This document shows positions 60,295 to 64,000 of a stretch of 64,000 nt of DNA, piece by piece. The notes below the pieces were generated by a model. The model was not told where the DNA came from. It saw only the letters and a list, made by a program, of their open reading frames with translations, and did no database searches. Source of the stretch: an uncultured virus (IMG/VR IMGVR_UViG_3300037466_002145). Lineage: Duplodnaviria; Heunggongvirae; Uroviricota; Caudoviricetes. Where the stretch lies: positions 19,148-83,147 of the IMG/VR virus record IMGVR_UViG_3300037466_002145. One strand, given 5' to 3'. Every line of letters begins with the position of its first letter. The stretch's first letter is position 1. Position numbers and translations under genes: made by a program.

Positions 60295-60657
60295 TTATGC
60301 TTTCGTTTGAGTGCTCGTAAAATTGAAATGTACCTTGGTATTCACATATACCCCGTCCGCTGATTCAGAAAAAATGTAGTTGGTAAGATCGTGCAAGAAA
60401 TGTGCTTGTTCGTAATGACGACTGACCAGCGCCTTGGTGGCCTCAATCAGAAGTCCTATGTCTTTTTTATTGGGTGTCATATCAACACCGCTTCGCTGCA
60501 AATCCTCAATAATAAATTCAATGATATCGGTGCTAACATTATCTATAAGGTCCTGAGTAAGTGAATCAGCTATGGCTTGCTTTTGAACCTTGGTCCGTTT
60601 CGGCCCTTTCTTTCGCTTGAGCTTGGGAAAGAGGATAACGTTATCTTTATCGGTCAT
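60295..60657 (-). CDS. Hypothetical protein
   Basis: NVILFP N-terminus; packed operon. Confidence 0.65.
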   Translation of the reverse strand: MTDKDNVILFPKLKRKKGPKRTKVQKQAIADSLTQDLIDNVSTDIIEFIIEDLQRSGVDMTPNKKDIGLLIEATKALVSRHYEQAHFLHDLTNYIFSESADGVYVNTKVHFNFTSTQTKA

Positions 60658-61697
60658 TTATTTGCCCTAAGTATCAGCACGTCGGCAGATATGCGCCCGT
60701 TCGCTGGAGTTGCCTTAGTCTTGAGGGCCTGAATGTCTTTCAACACCCTTACCTTCGTTGTATTTAGCAAATCGGCAAGCGTTTCAGGCTTGCGGATGAC
60801 CTTGGTGAAGGATTTAGCGGGATCGAAGCCTATGACCGTGGTACCTTTGACAGACAGCTTTTCGGCCGTCTCCAGGTAGGTGATGCGCCGCGTCTTGACA
60901 TTGAACAACCAGACGGACTGTGCCCCGATGATTTGCGACGGTGCGACCGAGGTCAACCGAAGCTCGGGATCGGACTCCTTGAAGCGCACCTTGGCCGTTA
61001 GTTGCTCGGCACTCTTGAGCTTCTTCTTGCGTGGCTTGCGGAGTTTGGTTTCCTTGCGGCTATTCTTGATGTAGGTTTCACAGTCGCGGATGATTGCCCC
61101 GACAAACTCGGTGTAAGCCTTGATTTGTTTTTTGGAGAGGTTGTCATAGGTGCCGATTTCACGTTGAAGATCGGCATAGTAATCGACGGCGGATCGAACT
61201 TGGGATCGATTGGCCTGAGTCTCGGTCAGATACTTGTAGAAATCATGAGGGGGTAGCTTGTAGTTGGACCGATAGAAATCGTCCAGGAAGCCTTCCAAAT
61301 CCGCCAGCACCACATTCTCGGGCGGCGACTTGACCGTATCCTTGGTGGTTTCGGCCCAAACTTGACCCCCAATCAGTTCCTCAAGACGGGCATCTAAGTA
61401 CCACACCACATCGGGCGGCAAGACAACACCGCCCATGTACATGCGGGCAATGGCACACATGGTCATGCTGATCTGATTGTCTTTGAGGGATTTGATGGTG
61501 CTTACGGCTTGAGGATATTTCTTCTCAGCGTAGGCTTCGATGGCATCGCGAAGTTTCGGGACTTCGCCGTTCTCATGATACCAGTATAGGGCATGAGCTA
61601 AATTAGCCCTATCGGTGATAAAACTTGAGCCCTGCGATGCGGGCTCGTCATTCTTGAACTTAAATTGATGGATTGCTTTTCGTGTCAGTCTTTGCAT
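60654..61697 (-). CDS. Conserved T4-like phage hypothetical protein
   Basis: RKPRKKK......V......L.SV.P..IIGA..VWLFN.K.R....SVKGTT..GFD...S..K..RKP...NGRI. Confidence 0.75.
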   Translation of the reverse strand: MQRLTRKAIHQFKFKNDEPASQGSSFITDRANLAHALYWYHENGEVPKLRDAIEAYAEKKYPQAVSTIKSLKDNQISMTMCAIARMYMGGVVLPPDVVWYLDARLEELIGGQVWAETTKDTVKSPPENVVLADLEGFLDDFYRSNYKLPPHDFYKYLTETQANRSQVRSAVDYYADLQREIGTYDNLSKKQIKAYTEFVGAIIRDCETYIKNSRKETKLRKPRKKKLKSAEQLTAKVRFKESDPELRLTSVAPSQIIGAQSVWLFNVKTRRITYLETAEKLSVKGTTVIGFDPAKSFTKVIRKPETLADLLNTTKVRVLKDIQALKTKATPANGRISADVLILRANK

Positions 61698-61910
61698 TCT
61701 TTATTCGGCCGATGGTGATGTTCTGTTCAATTCTGATATCCTTATTATGAAACCACCAGAATTCGCGTGTCTCACGCACAAAACATCCCCAGAGCGTATC
61801 GGAGTCAAATGAGTAGTCAGCCATGAAATACGCTTCGGCTTTACCTTTGGGAGTGTCTAATGTAATGGGAGGTTCTAAACGTAGTATCGTGGGAGTAGTT
61901 CTTAAAAGTT

Positions 61911-61986
61911 TGGTGGAATGCGACGGGAGTCGAACCCGCAATGTCGGTTTGCAAAACCGAAGTGTTCCCAATTACACCACGCCCCC
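61911..61986 (-). tRNA. tRNA-Ala(TGC)
   Basis: TCGGT-TT-TGC-AA-ACCGA; G3:U70; bulged A in the acceptor stem; CCA. Confidence 0.85.
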
Positions 61987-62018
61987 ATTTTACAAATGTT
62001 TGCGAATAGATTGTTAAG

Positions 62019-62103
62019 CTCGAAGGGTAGGGCTCGAACCTACGACGGGATTTCTCCTACGGATTAACAATCCGTTGCCTGCTACCAACTCGGCTACCTC
62101 CGA
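62019..62103 (-). tRNA. tRNA-Asn(GTT) with long variable arm, no CCA, extended acceptor stem
   Basis: U1-A72, G73; ACGGA-TT-GTT-AA-TCCGT; variable arm GGA GAAA TCC; flanks 62008-62019 pair with 62104-62115. Confidence 0.82.
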
Positions 62104-62157
62104 GCTTAACAATCTGATTTGCGAAAGTATTTAGTATACCATATTACAGTACAATAA

Positions 62158-62595
62158 TCAAGGTAGTTGTTTCCATGCGGAACCACAACGAATATCAAGA
62201 ACAGTACCTTTCGTAACCTTATATTTTTCGGATAATTCTGCGGCAGACAAAGAACTATATTTTATGGCATATGCGTCGTCATAAGAGAGTATCCTTTTTT
62301 TAAATCGACCTTTGGATACACAATCCTTCACATTATCTAAATGTGTTCCGAGGAATAAATGCTTGGGGTTTACACATAGAGGATTATCACATTCATGGCA
62401 TACCAACAACTTTCCAGGTTCAATCCCATAATGTAGAACGTATGAAAATCTATGCACTCGGTAGTGTTTATTCTGAACGGTCCAAATTTCCCCGTAATCC
62501 CGCCCGTTCGTTCCACCTAACCAATTCCAACACTCATTCTCACCACGTTTATCAACTCGTGACCAAAATCGTGTGATATATTTTTCTTCAATCAT
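62158..62595 (-). CDS. HNH homing endonuclease
   Basis: RFWS.VDK....ECW.W.G, HR.SY..H.G, VCH.CDNP.CVNP.HL.LGT..DN..D. Confidence 0.9.
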   Translation of the reverse strand: MIEEKYITRFWSRVDKRGENECWNWLGGTNGRDYGEIWTVQNKHYRVHRFSYVLHYGIEPGKLLVCHECDNPLCVNPKHLFLGTHLDNVKDCVSKGRFKKRILSYDDAYAIKYSSLSAAELSEKYKVTKGTVLDIRCGSAWKQLP

Positions 62596-62609
62596 GAAAT
62601 AAAAAATCC

Positions 62610-63236
62610 TTAAATAATACTCAAATTATCGACCCATTCTTGTTTCAGGTCTTTTCCCCCAAATGCGTTCAAATCAATTGCATTACCTGTAATACCCTTG
62701 ACGCCATGAGGCGCAGGGCCGACACCGTCGCCCGTGTATTGCCAGAGCCAATAGGTATGCCAGCCCACGGGAAGGGTCGCCTTAGGCCCATATTGGGGCA
62801 TCCACAGCCTATGTGAGGCCAGGAATGGATCGGCGGTTTTGCCAAGTTTTTCTTTCAACAGACTGCCGCCATAGAGCTTCGGCTTCTGGCCTGTCTTGTC
62901 GCGCACCAATTGCAGGAATTGCTTGGCTTGCGCGAGACTCATGGTGCCCTTGGTGTTTTCTTCGAAGTCCAGGGCTAAGAGTGTCGTGCCATCGGGATCG
63001 GCATAGTCGAGAAAATAATTGACTTGCGCTTCGACAGGTCCCGAATGACAAAAATGATAAGCACCCCACAATAGACCGTTATCCAAGGCCCATTGACGGC
63101 GTGCTTTGTAAGTCGCGTCTTTGTAGTAGGTGCCTTCAGTAGCCTTGTGAATGATGCCTCGAATGCCAGCATCATAAACGGCCTTCATGTCGGTGACTTG
63201 ATTGTGGTGAGATAGATCGGTAACGAGAGGTATCAT
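62610..63236 (-). CDS. GH25 muramidase (endolysin candidate)
   Basis: DLSHHN, IHKATEG, GAYHF, LDFE, LWQYT, IDLN; CTAAATA upstream. Confidence 0.9.
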   Translation of the reverse strand: MIPLVTDLSHHNQVTDMKAVYDAGIRGIIHKATEGTYYKDATYKARRQWALDNGLLWGAYHFCHSGPVEAQVNYFLDYADPDGTTLLALDFEENTKGTMSLAQAKQFLQLVRDKTGQKPKLYGGSLLKEKLGKTADPFLASHRLWMPQYGPKATLPVGWHTYWLWQYTGDGVGPAPHGVKGITGNAIDLNAFGGKDLKQEWVDNLSII

Positions 63237-63266
63237 AGGCGGTTCCTTAGTAGGTTTACCGCCTAT

Positions 63267-63452
63267 TTAGTCAATATTTTCAAATTCCACTATGCCATTG
63301 CTTTTTACTTGCAACAAACATCGGCGAACCGCTGCCCTAATAACACCAGTTCTGGTACTATTGAGAGACTTTGCAACTTTGTCTATTTCCGCGATCATTT
63401 CATTAGATAACCAAAGAGGAATTTGAGACATTCCTTCGCGCTTTTTAGGCAT
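63267..63452 (-). CDS. Ribbon-helix-helix (CopG-like) DNA-binding protein
   Basis: IPLWLS.EM..EID.VA......RT.VIR.AV. Confidence 0.65.
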   Translation of the reverse strand: MPKKREGMSQIPLWLSNEMIAEIDKVAKSLNSTRTGVIRAAVRRCLLQVKSNGIVEFENID

Positions 63453-63861
63453 CGTTGATCAGCCCCTCAGGTTCGGTTTCGATGATATCAGCTATTTCGT
63501 TGAAGTCCGTGCCGCTATCGTTGACCGAGGTCAGAGCAACCGTTGGATAGGGACCATAGTATCCGCAGTTGGTTCGGAGCCCGAGCCAATCCCTGACTTC
63601 ATCGGGAAGGATATTGCTAATCTGGTTACGCGTGCTATCGGGGTCTTCGCCGTCTTCAAGTTCGCGATACACAAAATATTCGCCTTCCCATTGGACGAAC
63701 TTCGGCGCATCACCTGATTTCATCCAAAGGTCACAGGCGACTCCGAGACAACAGAATCCATCTTCATAACGAAGTTGACTCGTTGCCTGTTTGTAGTCCC
63801 CCGACCGCAAGGCATCGATCCAGAGCTTGCGGTGTTCCTTCTGTTGTTCCTTAGTCCACAT
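63445..63861 (-). CDS. Phage paralog family 'ALRSGxY...FCCLGVAC' protein
   Basis: WT.EQQKEHRKLWI.ALRSG.Y.Q...FCCLGVACDL...EIADIIE.EPEGLI. Confidence 0.75.
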   Translation of the reverse strand: MWTKEQQKEHRKLWIDALRSGDYKQATSQLRYEDGFCCLGVACDLWMKSGDAPKFVQWEGEYFVYRELEDGEDPDSTRNQISNILPDEVRDWLGLRTNCGYYGPYPTVALTSVNDSGTDFNEIADIIETEPEGLINDA

Positions 63862-64000
63862 TGCGAATCAACTTTTTCGGTTCATCTTCAATAATATCGG
63901 CGATCTGTTTGAAGGTTTTGCCGCTGTCATTCAGGCCAGAAAGGGAATCGGAAGTATAAAACTTACCGTCAATCTTCTCACAGTTCCAATGGCTTTCTTC

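Overview
This 64-kb window is part of a large T4-like (Tevenvirinae-like) myophage genome. The host is most likely an alphaproteobacterium, because the phage has a two-piece permuted tmRNA and a tRNA-His lacking G-1. Recognisable T4-type genes are gp32, gp59, gp33, RNase H, PhoH, an exonuclease and a GH25 endolysin. Most other ORFs are small minus-strand accessory genes, interspersed with about 22 tRNA genes and three homing-type endonucleases. The most striking locus is a DUF2828-like (TROVE/Ro60-related, vWA) gene at 24229-25683. It is preceded by nine non-coding units plus one nested mini-unit (25705-26374, 27925-28648). Each unit has a covarying 7-bp closing stem, a conserved (T/G)CAGC(AA) motif and a 3' G, and encloses a different, often tRNA-mimicking module. 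This looks like a Ro/Y-RNA-type system with an RNA array. One unit is a circularly permuted tRNA shell with CCA, a G3:U70 pair and a 173-nt structured insert. Other oddities: two tRNA-Arg-like genes with the D-loop moved behind the anticodon arm; Thr, Lys and Asn tRNAs with long variable arms; CCA-less Gln and Asn tRNAs with extended stems; a stand-alone CapW-like wHTH protein; and a tandem array of HExxH paralogs. All calls come from reading motifs by eye; no database searches were run.
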